From: Vicinamibacterales bacterium
GTDB lineage: Bacteria; Acidobacteriota; Vicinamibacteria; Vicinamibacterales; UBA8438
DNA length: 64,000 bases
Direction: 5' to 3'
Assembly: GCA_963662965.1 (NCBI GenBank)
Contig: OY759970.1
Coordinates: 3,649,204 to 3,713,203, forward strand
Shown: one piece after another, positions 21,104 through 32,629 of the stretch
Numbering within the stretch: position 1 is the stretch's first letter
Layout of the letters: each line of letters begins with the position of its first letter
Made by a program: the position numbers and the translations under genes
Notes under the pieces: generated by a model
Seen by the model: the letters and a program-made list of their open reading frames with translations, nothing else
The model's database searches: none
Told to the model about the DNA's origin: nothing

Positions 21104-23110
21104 GTACAACTGGTCTATGAGGCGCTCGAGAAACCCTGCGTTGATTCGATCGCCGCCGGCAGTGACGCCGCCCACCAGTGACCGTTCGTTGAGGCTAATG
21201 AACCGGACATACGATTCGGCAATTACACCCTCATTTTCAAGAAAATCTCCGAGCACACTCGTTAACGGGGTGTCCGCCCCACGACGTGATTCAACCCCAG
21301 CGATCCATTCCAGAAGACGACCATCGTTGATCGCCAGGAGATGAACAATGTCTTCATCAGGCGGGCCTTGTAAGAACGGGCCAAGAAAATCATCGAGAAG
21401 CTCGTCGGCGGAGCGCCCCTGCCAGGCCGCAGAACCATCAAGGTTCATCCGCACCAGAGGACCATCTTCGATGCTTCCTTCAAGAACACGCTCCGAGGAC
21501 GAATGCCTGCCTAGCCCGAGTTCATTGGCTAGGTGTTGCAGCAGAGCTGTCTTTCCATCGCCAGCATTTCCACAAAGCACAACAAGACGGGCACGCCTCT
21601 CCCGGATGTCCTGGCTCAGTGTCTCCTCTAATCTTGTCCGAACGTAGGTCTGTGCCGAGAAGTCTGAATCAAGGCCGCGAGTCTCGCGGTTCCCCCAACG
21701 CGAACCCGGATATGATTGAAGTAATGAAAGCAACCAGTCGACTCGTTCCTCGCGGAGAATAGGCTGTACCGCCACCGCGACCGAATCGCCTTCTGGCTCC
21801 TCTACTGCCCCTGCTTGTCTGGCACCAGATGATTCAGTCCCACGCACATCGGCCCTGAGAGCCGCCAACGCGGCACCCGCCGACTCAAATCGTTGAGTCG
21901 GGTCGCGGTGAGTGGCTCTGTCCATGAAAGTGACCAGCGCGGGGTGATTGTCCCGATCCACTCCTTCCCAGTTCAGGCCACGTTCTTTCGATAGTGCGCC
22001 GCCGTACTGAAAGGGCCCTTTCTCAAAAACCACCTGGAAGAAGCTGGCTGCGAGAGCGAAGAAGTCATCCGACGGTGCAGCGGGGCGCTTGTCCCGAAAA
22101 GATGGCGAGCAGTAAGGGACCGTGCCTGGAGCGAAAATCGGGTCGCCAATCCTAGCTGCAAAGTCGTAGTCCGTGAGAACGAGATCACCCCCTGAGACAA
22201 TCATGTTGCGGGGACTCACATCACCGTGAACCAAACCGTTACGGTGAAGCACATCCAGCGCCTCACACATGACAGTCAGCCACCGAAGTGCCAGCGCCTC
22301 ACTGGACGGCTCCTGTTGCTCTTCAGCCAGAAGCGGAAAGACCCCAGTAAACGCTCCCAGTGGCGAGCCCTCGACCCAGGTCATCAAGGAGATGAACCCG
22401 TTTTCTTGCCATTCTTGTGCCACCTCGAAGATGGCGGAGAGCGCAGCGTGGCGTGCAAGGTGCGAGCGAGCCAGACTGTAGGCCTTCAAGACTCGGTTGC
22501 CCGCGTCTGAGCCATGTCCGACCTTGGCTACGTACGTTCCCAGCTCTTCCTTCGTAGAGCGGTCGATCTCAATTACCTTGTACGTGGCCCCGACTCCACC
22601 TGACCCAAGTCGCGTGACGATTCGATAGTCCCGATCCCGGAAACGTACCATCTGGTCCTCCGTCCAGAAACGGGCTGGCGGTGGAGCAGGAGCAGGGACC
22701 GATTCGCCCAGTAATTCAGAAAGCGAGGTCTCGAGAGCATCTAGCTTGCAGCGCTCTGCTGGCTCTTCTGCTATCCCAGCAGACAGGAGGTGGCTGGCCC
22801 GAATGCTTGAGCCGTCAGTTCTCTCTGAGAACACCGTGCCTAGACAGGCGCATAGCGAGTACACGTCCGACCGCTGATCGGCCGCTGCTAACCCCTGTGT
22901 CCGAACCTCTGGTGCAGTCATTTCCTCCCACCCAGTGGAGGGCGCGCTGGCAGAAGCGACGGTTATTCCCGAGGGGATGCGACTTCGCTCAAAGCCAGTA
23001 AGGATTGGTGAGTTGTCGTGTTTCACCAGGAGCGTTTGCGGTGTGAGGTTTCGATGAACCATAGGCTCCTCGTCCGAGCCCGCGTCGTGCAATTCTTGAA
23101 GGGCTTTGAC
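21104..23110 (-). pseudogene. Internal fragment of a tandem Ser/Thr kinase - P-loop NTPase protein (defence-like)
   Basis: VHRNLTP (degenerate kinase), LGSGGVG..VAK..HGDVSPRN..TDYD, LCGNAGDGKT; cut by IS6 and the MITE. Confidence 0.8.
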
Positions 23111-23941
23111 GGTTGTGTTGCAACTGTGGCCGACGGCGGCTGGTAACCTGAAGAGATCATGAAAAAGGCAATCCGCCCGGCGATGTTCAAGTGGCGACAA
23201 ACGGAGCCCGGGCTGATTCTGTGCGCCGTACGCTGGTACCTTCGGTACTCGCTCTCGTTCCGCGATGTCGAAGAGCTGCTCCGCGAGCGCGGCCTGGAGG
23301 CGGACCACACGACCATCTGGCGCTGGGTCCAGCGCTACGGCCCCGAACTGGAGGAGCGGCTGCGCCGTCATCTCAAGCCCACCAATAAGTCCTGGCGTGT
23401 CGATGAGACCTACGTTCGTGTCAAGGGGCGCTGGTGCTACCTCTACCGGGCCCTCGATTCCACCGGCGCCACGATCGACTTCGTGCTCTCGGTGTGGCGC
23501 GATGCCGGGGCGGCCAGACGCCTGTTCCGCAAGGCGTTGACTGATCCGTCGCATCCTCAGCCCCGTGTCATCAATACTGACCAGGCACGCCTCTACGGCT
23601 CGGCGATTTCAGGGCTGAAAAAGGAAGGCATCCTGCGACGCCGTTGTCGCCACCGGCCAGTCCAATACTTGAACAACATCGTGGAGCAGGACCATCGAGC
23701 GATCAAACGACGCGTGAAAGCGAAGCAGTGGTTTCGCGAGTTTCAGGCGGCGCGGCGAACGATCCAGGGCTACGAGGCCATACACATGATCCGAAAGGGA
23801 CAGGCGAGGTGGGTGAGCGGTTCGGACGTTCGGCGACAGATTCAGTTCCTCCACAGGCTGTTTGAGCTGGCGGCATGAAACGACACTCGGCCGACTCGAC
23901 CAATCGCTCTCTTGCCGCTTTTGAAAAGTTGCAACACATCC
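23111..23941 (+). mobile_element. IS6 family element; transposase 23159-23878
   Basis: IR GGWTGTGTTGCAACT; SWRVDETYVRVKG, YLNNIVEQDHR. Confidence 0.93.
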
Positions 23942-26242
23942 CTCCCAATTGATGTTGCGTGCGTTCAATGGTGATTGCGATGCGGCAATCGGCAGGGTTA
24001 GGTACGACAACGTTGCAAGGGTCGAAAAGCGTATCGGCAATGCCTTCGAGGCTATCAACAAACTAGGAGCGACGAAGAGAATCGCTATTACCGAAGAGTA
24101 TCTTCAGAAGAGAGTGATGGAGCTACATCTCGTGCATGAACACCGCGAGAAGCTTTATCAGGAAAAAGAAGAACAGAGAGAACACCGAGAGCGGATGCGT
24201 GAAGAACAGAAGGCAGAGAAGGAAATCGAAAAGGCGCGCCGTGAGGGGATGTCCCGTGCGCTGTTGAAATTCAACGGCGGCTCGGTTCACGACTACGCGA
24301 CCATCGCTGACGATTCCCCGAGACCCAGCCGCGCGTCACGCGCCCGGAGGGCGGCGACGAGCGCCGGCATATTTTGACATCCTTTGACCCGGCGGAACCC
24401 CTTCGCGGCTTCGAGCACGCCGGCGGCCACCCACCGCAGCACCATCGTCCCACCGCGCCAGCGTTTCACATTGCGCTTCACATGGCGCGTGCGGCTGAGC
24501 AGACTCTCGATGGCGTTCGTGGTGGCGAGCGATCGTTGGAGGCGTTCCGACAGGCCCAAGCCGAGCACGGTCAGCGTCTCGTCGAGGCCTTCTCGGACGC
24601 TCGCGGCCGCACTCGGGTGGTCGGTGTCCAAGCGGCGAGCCAGGTCCTGCAGCAGTCGTTTCGCCGTCTTGACGGTGGCGTTCGTGTAGGCGCGGGTAAG
24701 GATTGCCTTCACCCACGGACGTTGTGCCTCGGGGAGATGCTCCAGGATGTTCCGGCCCTTGTGCACTTGACACCGCTGCACCACGGCGGCCCGGCCGAAC
24801 GTCTGGGTCACCGCCGTCTCGAGGGCCTTCGCCCCATCGACGATCACCAGGAGGCTCCGGTCGGTGCGCAGCCCGCGACTCGCAAGATTGGTCAACAGGC
24901 CCTGACAGACCGTCGCATTCTCCGTGGCTCCTTCCCAGAGGCCGAGCGGGTGTTTGGTCCCCGTTGTGTCGATGCCCAGCGCCACCACGATACAGTGCCC
25001 GCCGACCTGGACCCCATCGATCAGCAGCACCGCCAGGTCCAGCGCGTCGAGCGGTGTCGCGCGCCACGCGTCCAGCTGCGCCTGGGTCTGCGCCACAAAG
25101 CGTCGACTGACCGCACTCTTGCTGGTGCCCCGCGTCGTGATGTTCGCGCCCAGCGGTTCGAGACTCCGCGCATATTGGCGGGTCGCCACGCCGATGAGCA
25201 TCTGGTCGACGACGCGCCGGTTCAGCGGGTCCGCGTCCGTGAACGCCTGGGCCGTGGGCAGCGGCACCTCCATGCCGTCGCGCCGCACTCGGGGCCGACG
25301 GATCGCGACTTTATGCCCGCCCAGGACGACTTGGCTCGGAGCATGGCCGGCGCGATACGCGTGCCGGGCCGGCTGATGCGCATACCGGGGGCCACACACG
25401 GCAGCCCGATCTTCTTCGAGCATCGCCTCGAGCACCCGTAAGCCAGACGCGATGACCAGCTCCTGCAGCTCGGCCTGTGCATCGATGAGGATGTCAACCA
25501 ACGGCAAGTGGCGCGACGCCGGGGATGCCGATTGGCGACGACGAGGGACTGTGTGAGACTGCTTCTTCATGGCGGCTCCTTTGCTGGGAGGCTTTCACCT
25601 CGGTTTAGTCACCGGTCGTATAGCACGACCAGTGAAGGAGCCGCCGCTTCAAATTTCAACAGCTACTGGGACATCCCCCGCCGTGATGCAGAAGAAGAAG
25701 AACAACGCTACGCCAAGTCATTGGAGGAGGCACGGGCTAAATTAGCCAAAGCCACAGGTGCTCAGGTTGAAAAACTTGAAGGCCTCGTGCAGAAGCTGGA
25801 ACAAGAGCTCGCGGTAGCGATCGACAGGAAGGCTAAGAGCATGGCGCGCGCCCAGCTCACGACGTCGGGGCACGTCTACGTGCTGTCGAACGTCGGTTCC
25901 TTTGGCGAGGGCATCTACAAGCTCGGAATGACAAGGAGACTCGAACCACTTGAGCGGGTGAATGAGTTGGGCGATGCGTCGGTCCCGTTTGGGTTTGACG
26001 TTCACGCAATGATCTACTCCGAAGATGCTCCGAGACTTGAGAACGCCTTGCACGAAGAGTTCGCCGGTCGTAGGGTCAATCGCATCAACCTCCGTCGCGA
26101 GTACTTCCGCGTCACTCTTGACGAAATAATGGCGGCAGTCGAAAGGCAGCACGGCACCGTAACTTTTGTGACCAACTCTGAGGCAGAGGAGTTCCGCAAG
26201 TCCAGCGCCATCCGTGTCGATGAACAATCAAGCGCCATATGA
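23942..26242 (+). pseudogene. DUF4041 / T5orf172 (GIY-YIG-like) protein, 5'-truncated and split by IS256
   Basis: LMLRAFNGDCD...EIEKARR | DAEEEE...GHVYVLSNVGSFG..KLGMTRRLEP..GDASVPF; frame restored on removing the IS and one TSD. Confidence 0.88.
24245..25678 (-). mobile_element. IS256 family element; transposase 25570-24293
   Basis: IR GGGGATGTCCC; 8-bp TSD CGCCGTGA (24237-24244, 25679-25686); QRCQVHK, TTNAIES. Confidence 0.95.
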
Positions 26243-26299
26243 TTCGCTGCGCACACTGAAAACGGACTCTAGTCCGGAAGTGCCGCAACGGCGTTCATC

Positions 26300-27382
26300 G
26301 GCGTTGGTGCGCTGATTCAGCGCGGTGGGCGAGCAGTGGCCGGCATGTTGACCATCGCGACCGCCGGCGGGTCATGATCTCGCTGTGAAGTCGAGAGTGC
26401 ATCCGAAGTACACGACAACGTATCGCGTCGGGAACTGGGCCGAGTACGACCGAGCCCTCGTGCGGCGAGGCGACGTCACCCGCTGGCTCACGCCCGACGC
26501 GATCGCCACGTGGGCAGCGGCTGGCGTCGGCAGGCGGAGCGGGCAACTCCAGTATGCCGATCTCGCCATCGAAACCGCCCTGACGCTCAGTCTCCTCTTC
26601 CACTGACCGTTGCGTCAGACCGAGGGCTTCTTGACCTCGATCTTCGGGATGCTGGGCGTCGATCTCACGGCCCCCGATCACACCACGCTCTCGCGACGCG
26701 GTCAGCATCTCGCCCTCGCGCTTCGGCGCGCCCGCCCGGGCACCAGCCTGCACCTCATCGTTGACAGCACCGGACTGTCCATCGTCGGCGAAGGTGCGTG
26801 GGCCGCGGCGAAACATGGGGGCCGAGGGCGACGCGGCTGGAGGAAGCTCCATCTCGGCGTGGACGGATCCCGTGTGATCGTGGCCTGCGCGCTGACTGAG
26901 CCAACGGCCGATGACGCGATTACGGGGATCAGTCTGGTCGACGAGGTGGAGGGACACCTCACCAGAGTGACGGCGGATCCGGCCTACGACACGCTCGCGT
27001 GCTATGGTGCGGCCGGTGCGCGAGGGGCGCGGGTCGTGGTGCCGCCGACCAAGATCGCGTCGTTGTCTCGACGGGGCGCCCGATCAGGTGCCCGCGATCG
27101 GACGATCAGGAGGGTGAAGGCGCTCGGACGGCGACGGTGGAAGCAGGCGTCTGGTGACCATCAGCACGCGCGCGTGGAGAATGCGTTCGTCCGGTACACG
27201 TCGATCGTCGGCGACTGTCTTCGGGCACGCAGTTCATCGGGGCAACGGCGTGAGGCCGTGCTCGCGTGTCACGTTCTGAACCGGATGACCGAGCTTGGCA
27301 GACCCGTCTCGTACCGCATCGGTAGGTGACGGGCTCGACGGTTTGAAGCGCGTAGGCCTGCCCGCATCCGCGCACCAACGCC
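26300..27382 (+). mobile_element. IS5 family (IS903-like) element; transposase 26385-27329 with internal TGA at 26604
   Basis: IR GGCGTTGGTGCGC; YRVGNWAEY, PDHTTLSRR, VDSTGL, WRKLHL. Confidence 0.88.
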
Positions 27383-27593
27383 CCGTTTCCCGGCTGTGGT
27401 TCTGTAGAATCCGTAGCGGATGATGCCTGTGGACTCGACGTTTCCGTGCAACGAACACGTGGGGTTGAGACAGCGTGGTTTCTTCACTGTGCGGGCCTTG
27501 TCGACGAGAGTACTGAGGTGCTCAAATGTCGGCCCAAACTGTAGCATGTAGGTGGGTTAGGGACTGGACGCCAACAGTTGATTGCGGAAGCAC
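27383..27593 (-). mobile_element. Left-end remnant of an IS1-family element related to the MITE
   Basis: End GGTGCTTCCGCAATCAACTGTTG matches the MITE end; zinc-ribbon start KKPRCLNPTC...IIRYGFYRT. Confidence 0.65.
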
Positions 27594-27650
27594 CCGACGT
27601 TGAGCCTCGAGAAGTCAGTGTTCCTATCAGCGGACCAGACTCAAGCGGAG

Positions 27651-28757
27651 TTATCCGCCGAAGGGGTTGTAGCGCAAGCCGAAGATCTCCGCGACGGTCT
27701 GGTTGGTCACCGCGCCGGCGTGCAGATTGATCGCATGGGCAAAGCCGGGATCGGTCGCCGCCAGTGCGGCGAGGCCCTGGTTCGCCAGTGCGAGGACGTA
27801 CGGCAGCGTGACGTTGCAGAGGGCGTAGGTGCTGGTCCGGCCGACGGCCCCGGGCATGTTCGTGACGCAGTAGTGGACGATGCCATCCACCACGTAGGTT
27901 GGTTCGGAATGCGTCGTCGGCTTCGACGTCTCGATGCACCCACCCTGATCGACGGCGACGTCAATGATCACGGCTCCCGGCTTCATGAGTGCCAAATCGG
28001 CCCGGCTGACGAGCCGCGGAGTACGGGCCCCCTCGATCAGCACGGCACCGATCACCAGGTCCGCCAGGCAGAGTTGTTCACGGACGTTATGCCGATCGCT
28101 GTATAGGGTATTCACGTTGGGCGGCATGATGTCTTCGAGGTACCGCAGCCGGTCGACGTTGATGTCCAGAATGACGACATCGGCCTGAAAGCCCGCGGCA
28201 ATGCGGGCCGCGTTCTTGCCCACCACGCCACCGCCAAGAATGCAGATGTGGGCCGGCGCGACGCCCGGCACGCCTGCGAGAAGAATGCCCCGGCCGAGTT
28301 GCGGACGTTCGAGATACTTTGCGCCTTCCTGAATGCTCATGCGGCCGGCGATCTCGCTCATCGGCGTCAGGCAGGGCAAATCGCCCTTCCGACCGCGCAG
28401 CGTCTCATACGCGATCGCCGTGATGCCCGTGGCCAGCACGTTCCTGGTCAGGTCTTCGCTTGCGGCGAAGTGGAAGTACGTGAACACCATCTGCCCGGAG
28501 CGCAGCAGCGGCCATTCCTTCGCCTGCGGCTCCTTCACTTTGACGATGAGGTCCGCCTGGCCGTACACGACCGCGGCCGACGCGGCGATCTGAGCGCCTG
28601 CCTCGGTGTAATGCTTGTCCGTAATGCCGCTGCCGAGACCCGCGCCGGTCTCAATGACCACACGATGACCTGCCCGGGTGAGTTCTTCCATGCCGGCCGG
28701 AATCATGCCGACGCGATACTCATCCTGCTTGATTTCTCTGGGTACACCGATCTGCAT
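27651..28757 (-). CDS. ald: Alanine dehydrogenase
   Basis: MQIGVPREIK, VKVKEP, MSEIAGR, GGGVVG, DVAVDQGGCIETS, NMPGAV. Confidence 0.95.
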   Translation of the reverse strand: MQIGVPREIKQDEYRVGMIPAGMEELTRAGHRVVIETGAGLGSGITDKHYTEAGAQIAASAAVVYGQADLIVKVKEPQAKEWPLLRSGQMVFTYFHFAASEDLTRNVLATGITAIAYETLRGRKGDLPCLTPMSEIAGRMSIQEGAKYLERPQLGRGILLAGVPGVAPAHICILGGGVVGKNAARIAAGFQADVVILDINVDRLRYLEDIMPPNVNTLYSDRHNVREQLCLADLVIGAVLIEGARTPRLVSRADLALMKPGAVIIDVAVDQGGCIETSKPTTHSEPTYVVDGIVHYCVTNMPGAVGRTSTYALCNVTLPYVLALANQGLAALAATDPGFAHAINLHAGAVTNQTVAEIFGLRYNPFGG

Positions 28758-28834
28758 GAGATGTCCTTTCGCCAACCCTCGCCGCTGACAGCCTCCGCAG
28801 GTTCCTCGGGGACGTGACGGGGCGTTGTTGCATG

Positions 28835-29056
28835 GTGCGGCCAGGCAGGCCGGTCAAGGGGGATTGAGGAGTAGGTCATGAAACCTTGTGTGTCGTCCAG
28901 CGGGTGCGAGCCCCGCCCGGTGAGGGGCCAGCCCACCCACGCCGGTAGTGAGCCTTGCGGCGACCGCGGTAACGCAGTCGCCGATGCGTAGGTACGCGAG
29001 CGAGTGGGCCGTAGGCCTTGCAGCCTCGAAACAACGTCTTCCTGGGTGCCCAGGGC
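28835..29056 (+). mobile_element. 5' remnant of a group II intron (domain I), truncated by IS
   Basis: Starts GTGCG; CCAGCGGGTGCGAGCCCCGCCCGG and CCGGTAGTGAGCCTTGCG resemble bacterial intron domain I. Confidence 0.65.
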
Positions 29057-30433
29057 CTGTGGGTGGCGAATTCGTAGGAATCCGACATCGTTCGATCTTC
29101 GGGTCCCGTCGAGAATCCGGTTCGATCTTCGGGTCCCGTCGTAGGAATCCCCCCGCGAAGTTGTCGCGATGGCATGAGTAAGGCGTGCAGCTGACGCACT
29201 GCCCTGCTGTGTCGCGATAGACGTCGAACGCGGGCGCGTCGACCCGCTCGCCACCGTCTTCGCTGGTCAGATGTCACGCCGCGATCGGCGTCTGATAGAG
29301 ACCACGGCAATGCGCGTCCCATCGGTAGCGGTCGAGCCGTGCGACATCCTTTCGTATCGGGACGGGCGTCCGCCCGTCCAACGACGCATGGGCCCGATGC
29401 GCATTGTAGAAGTCCTGGAAGGCCACCAGTTTGTCTTCCAAGTCCGACGCCGACCAGAACAGCAGCTGATCCACGCATTCTCGTCGCAGCGTGCCGATCA
29501 ACCGTTCGACAAACGGATGCGACAGCGGCACATACGGCACACTCTTCACCTCGGTCACCTGCAGCACCCGCAGGTTGGCGCGCCATTGGTGAAACCGATA
29601 CAGCGGGTCGTGGTCGGAGCTGAGGCGCTTCGGACGCGAGAGCCCTCGAATCGCATGGTTGAACATACGGCACAGGGCCCGGCCATCCACGGTTCCAGCA
29701 TGGATGCCAAAGCCGACGATCCGCCGCGTGTATTGGTCCATCACTACCAGCACCCAATGGCTTCGCAGGATCGCCGACTCGCACCGGAACAGGTCGATGC
29801 TCCACAGGCTATCCTTCGCATGCCCCAGGAACGTCAACCAGGACGGACCACCCGAGTGGGGTGCCGGTCGATAGTGCGTAGCGAGCACTCGGCGCACCAC
29901 GTCCTTGTCGATGTCGACCGCAAAGGCGAGCGCGATCTGTTGTGCGATCCGCGGACAGCCCCACCCGGGGTTGCGCCGCTTCATGTCGACGATGGCATCG
30001 ACCAGTGCTTTGGACGGTCCTTGGGGGCCGGTGCGACGGCGCTTGGGTGAAAACAGCCAGCGGTACTTGCGGGTGCGCAGAGCCCGATGGAACTCCAGGA
30101 TCGTCGACGGTCTCAGCACGATCGCTGAGCGAATCACCCGGGCCGGGCGCATGAACAGTGCACACACGCCGGCGAGGATCCGATCCGACGCGCAGAGATT
30201 CGGCGCCCCGTGCCGCGAGCGATTCAGAATGAGCAGTTGCTGCTTGACCAAGACCGATTCAGCCACGACAGACCGCAGGCCGCCGGGGCCCATCAGCCGG
30301 GCCAGGGTGGCGATCAGGTGCACCAGCAGGATGATCGGGTCGCGCATCGGAACATCCTAGCGACCACTCCCAGGATCACCAAACTTGATAATCTCAACGG
30401 ATTGCGGGCTGAGTAGTAATTCGCCACCCACAG
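29057..30433 (-). mobile_element. Integrase-core IS; transposase 30347-29274
   Basis: IR CTGTGGGTGGCGAATT; WGCPRIA, MDQYTRRI, PFVERLIGTLRRE; internal 22-bp duplication (30-bp period) at 29090-29141. Confidence 0.85.
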
Positions 30434-30495
30434 CCTCACCTTGACAATACCTTTGTTGCTCTTCCAGGGTCACACCTCATAACTGCCCATAAGCA

Positions 30496-32250
30496 TCAAA
30501 ACCAGGCAGCATCGCGTGCGCGATATCCGGCTCTCACTCGGGCGCAGCGGCGTCCAGGGCCTGCCGTGCGTCGAGAATGTCCCGGACAAGTTGCTCGACA
30601 TCGCGCTCGTCGATGAACGGCGAGAGGATGAAGCTCTTCAGGCCAACCATCGGCTGGGACATCGCGCTCGTCGATGAACGGCGAGAGGATGAAGCTCTTC
30701 AGGCCAACCATCGGCTCCCCGTAGTCGGTCTCCCGGTAGCAGTCGGTCATGGAGATGTGAACGCCTTCGCCGCGCATCGCCCGCTCGTATAGATACCGGA
30801 ACAACCGGCGGTTGTAGTCGTTGTGGCGCAGCAGCTCGTCCCGCGCAGCGGGGTCGGTCCGCTCGCGATCCCGGACCGTCCAGGTGTCCACGCCGTCTGG
30901 ATAGACCCGAAAGACGGTGACCGTGCCGACGCCGTCGTCGTTGAGGACCGTCGTGCAGGCGTGGCCCTCTAGGTGCTCGCGGAGCGTTTCAGCCATCTCC
31001 ACGAGGTGGCCGAGTAGGACGCGCAGGCCCACCTGTCCGAAGAGCTGTAGGTTGGCGTAGGCCGCGAGCACCCCCGACCCGCCGCGTGACGTCTCCAGCG
31101 TGAACACCCCGGGATGGCGCTCGCCGCTCTGGAACAGGTACGGCATCTGTTCCCGGCCGCGGACGAGAAGCTGCATGTCGGCGCGGTCGCGGGCCAGGAA
31201 CAGGCTTGAGATGTAGGGGGTGAACCCGGTCTTGTGGAAGTCGATGCCGACCGAGTCGGCCCGGTGCAACTTGGAGATGCGCCGCCGCGCCGCCGCCAGC
31301 GCGCGCACGGTGCGCGGCCGGAAGCCGAGCGGGTTCGCTTCGAAGTCGTAGTCGTTGAACACCGACCAAGCCCAGCCGATGACGGCGTCGGCGTGGATGT
31401 GTGGCCTGTAGTCGAGGTTGTAGTCCTTGACCAGCCGGTCGCGCAGGTCGGCGATGCCGTCGAGGTCGTCGACGCCGAACGCGTCGGTCGTGCCCATCGT
31501 CGCCACCAGCGCCACGATGCGCCGCCCCTGGTCGAGCGCCTCTCTGGCGACCGCCTCCAGCCGGTCGACGCGGATGTCGTTCTCCAGGTGGGTCGGTATC
31601 GCAACGACGCTCTTCTCGCCGAGCCCGAGCCAGCCGGCGACGTTCAAGCGGCAGTAGTGGCTCTGCGCGGAGGCCAGGATCATGCCGCCGCCCGGCACGC
31701 CGTTGTCCATCGCGTCCGGGAACGCCTTTTCGATGCCGAGCTTCGCGCCGTAGAGCACCGTCCCGGTCCCGCCGAACGTGAACACGCCGGCCGCCCGCGC
31801 CGGGTCGTACCCGACGAGCCGCGACACCATGGCCACGACCGCCGCCTCGGTCAGCATGAGGCCATACGACGTATCGTCGGAGACCAGATTCGGATTGTAG
31901 ATGGCCGGCAGGAGCGACCCGATGATGCTGGGAATCGACGGCGGCGGAACGACGTTGATCTGCGTCCGCGGATGTCCCCAAATAGGCATGCCTTCGAGCT
32001 GGCCGACCAGCTGGCGCGCCACCTCCTCGACGCTGCGCCCTTCCTCGGACAGCTCGGCCCGCTCCGCGGCCGCGTAGTCGAGCGTCCGCGGCCGGCCGAG
32101 CAGCGGCACCTCGGATTTCAGGTCGTCGACCTGATCGAGCGCGCGGAGGATCGAGAAGACGAAATAGGCGTCGTGTTTTCGGTCCGAAACCGGCGCGGGG
32201 AAGGTGTCCCGCAATCGGGCGAGGAGTTCCTGGTAGGGTCGCTGTGTCAC
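30496..32250 (-). CDS. Group II PLP-dependent decarboxylase; C-terminus frameshifted by a duplication
   Basis: FTFGGTG, SHYC, GTTDAFGVD, IHADAVIG, DFHK; native stop at 30534-30536. Confidence 0.85.
   Translation of the reverse strand: MTQRPYQELLARLRDTFPAPVSDRKHDAYFVFSILRALDQVDDLKSEVPLLGRPRTLDYAAAERAELSEEGRSVEEVARQLVGQLEGMPIWGHPRTQINVVPPPSIPSIIGSLLPAIYNPNLVSDDTSYGLMLTEAAVVAMVSRLVGYDPARAAGVFTFGGTGTVLYGAKLGIEKAFPDAMDNGVPGGGMILASAQSHYCRLNVAGWLGLGEKSVVAIPTHLENDIRVDRLEAVAREALDQGRRIVALVATMGTTDAFGVDDLDGIADLRDRLVKDYNLDYRPHIHADAVIGWAWSVFNDYDFEANPLGFRPRTVRALAAARRRISKLHRADSVGIDFHKTGFTPYISSLFLARDRADMQLLVRGREQMPYLFQSGERHPGVFTLETSRGGSGVLAAYANLQLFGQVGLRVLLGHLVEMAETLREHLEGHACTTVLNDDGVGTVTVFRVYPDGVDTWTVRDRERTDPAARDELLRHNDYNRRLFRYLYERAMRGEGVHISMTDCYRETDYGEPMVGLKSFILSPFIDERDVPADGWPEELHPLAVHRRARCRATCPGHSRRTAGPGRRCARVRAGYRARDAAWF
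30597..30716. repeat. Tandem duplication, 59-bp unit, 61-bp period
   Basis: 30597-30655 equals 30658-30716. Confidence 0.95.
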
Positions 32251-32629
32251 ACCGTCCGGCTGAAGCAGCCTCCTCCCATTCTAGCGTCGGCGCCGAACCA
32301 ATCCGCGGCGTTGTTGCACGAATCGGTTCATCCCGGTAGACGGTAGCATCGTAGCATCGACCCAGTCTCTTCAAGCACGGCGGGCACCGGGCCTTGAGCC
32401 TCCGTAGGACCGAAAGGTGTGCCGCCTCCCTCTCATGACGAGCGCGGGAGTGTCGGCAAAATGTTTCCGGAAAACGGTTCCGGCGTCGACGCGGCCGGAG
32501 ATTGCGGCGCGTGTGAGCTGGACGAACGTGCGACGAAGCCGTCTAGCCACGCGGAGCGGGGATGAGTGTACAAGGGACCTGATGCAGGCGGCCAAAACGG
32601 AAATTCCGGTTAAGTTAGGGGAGGTAGTC

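Noticed and set aside
21056-23554. 832-aa ORF as one real protein
   Set aside because: Its N-terminus is the antisense of IS6 and its C-terminus runs into the MITE
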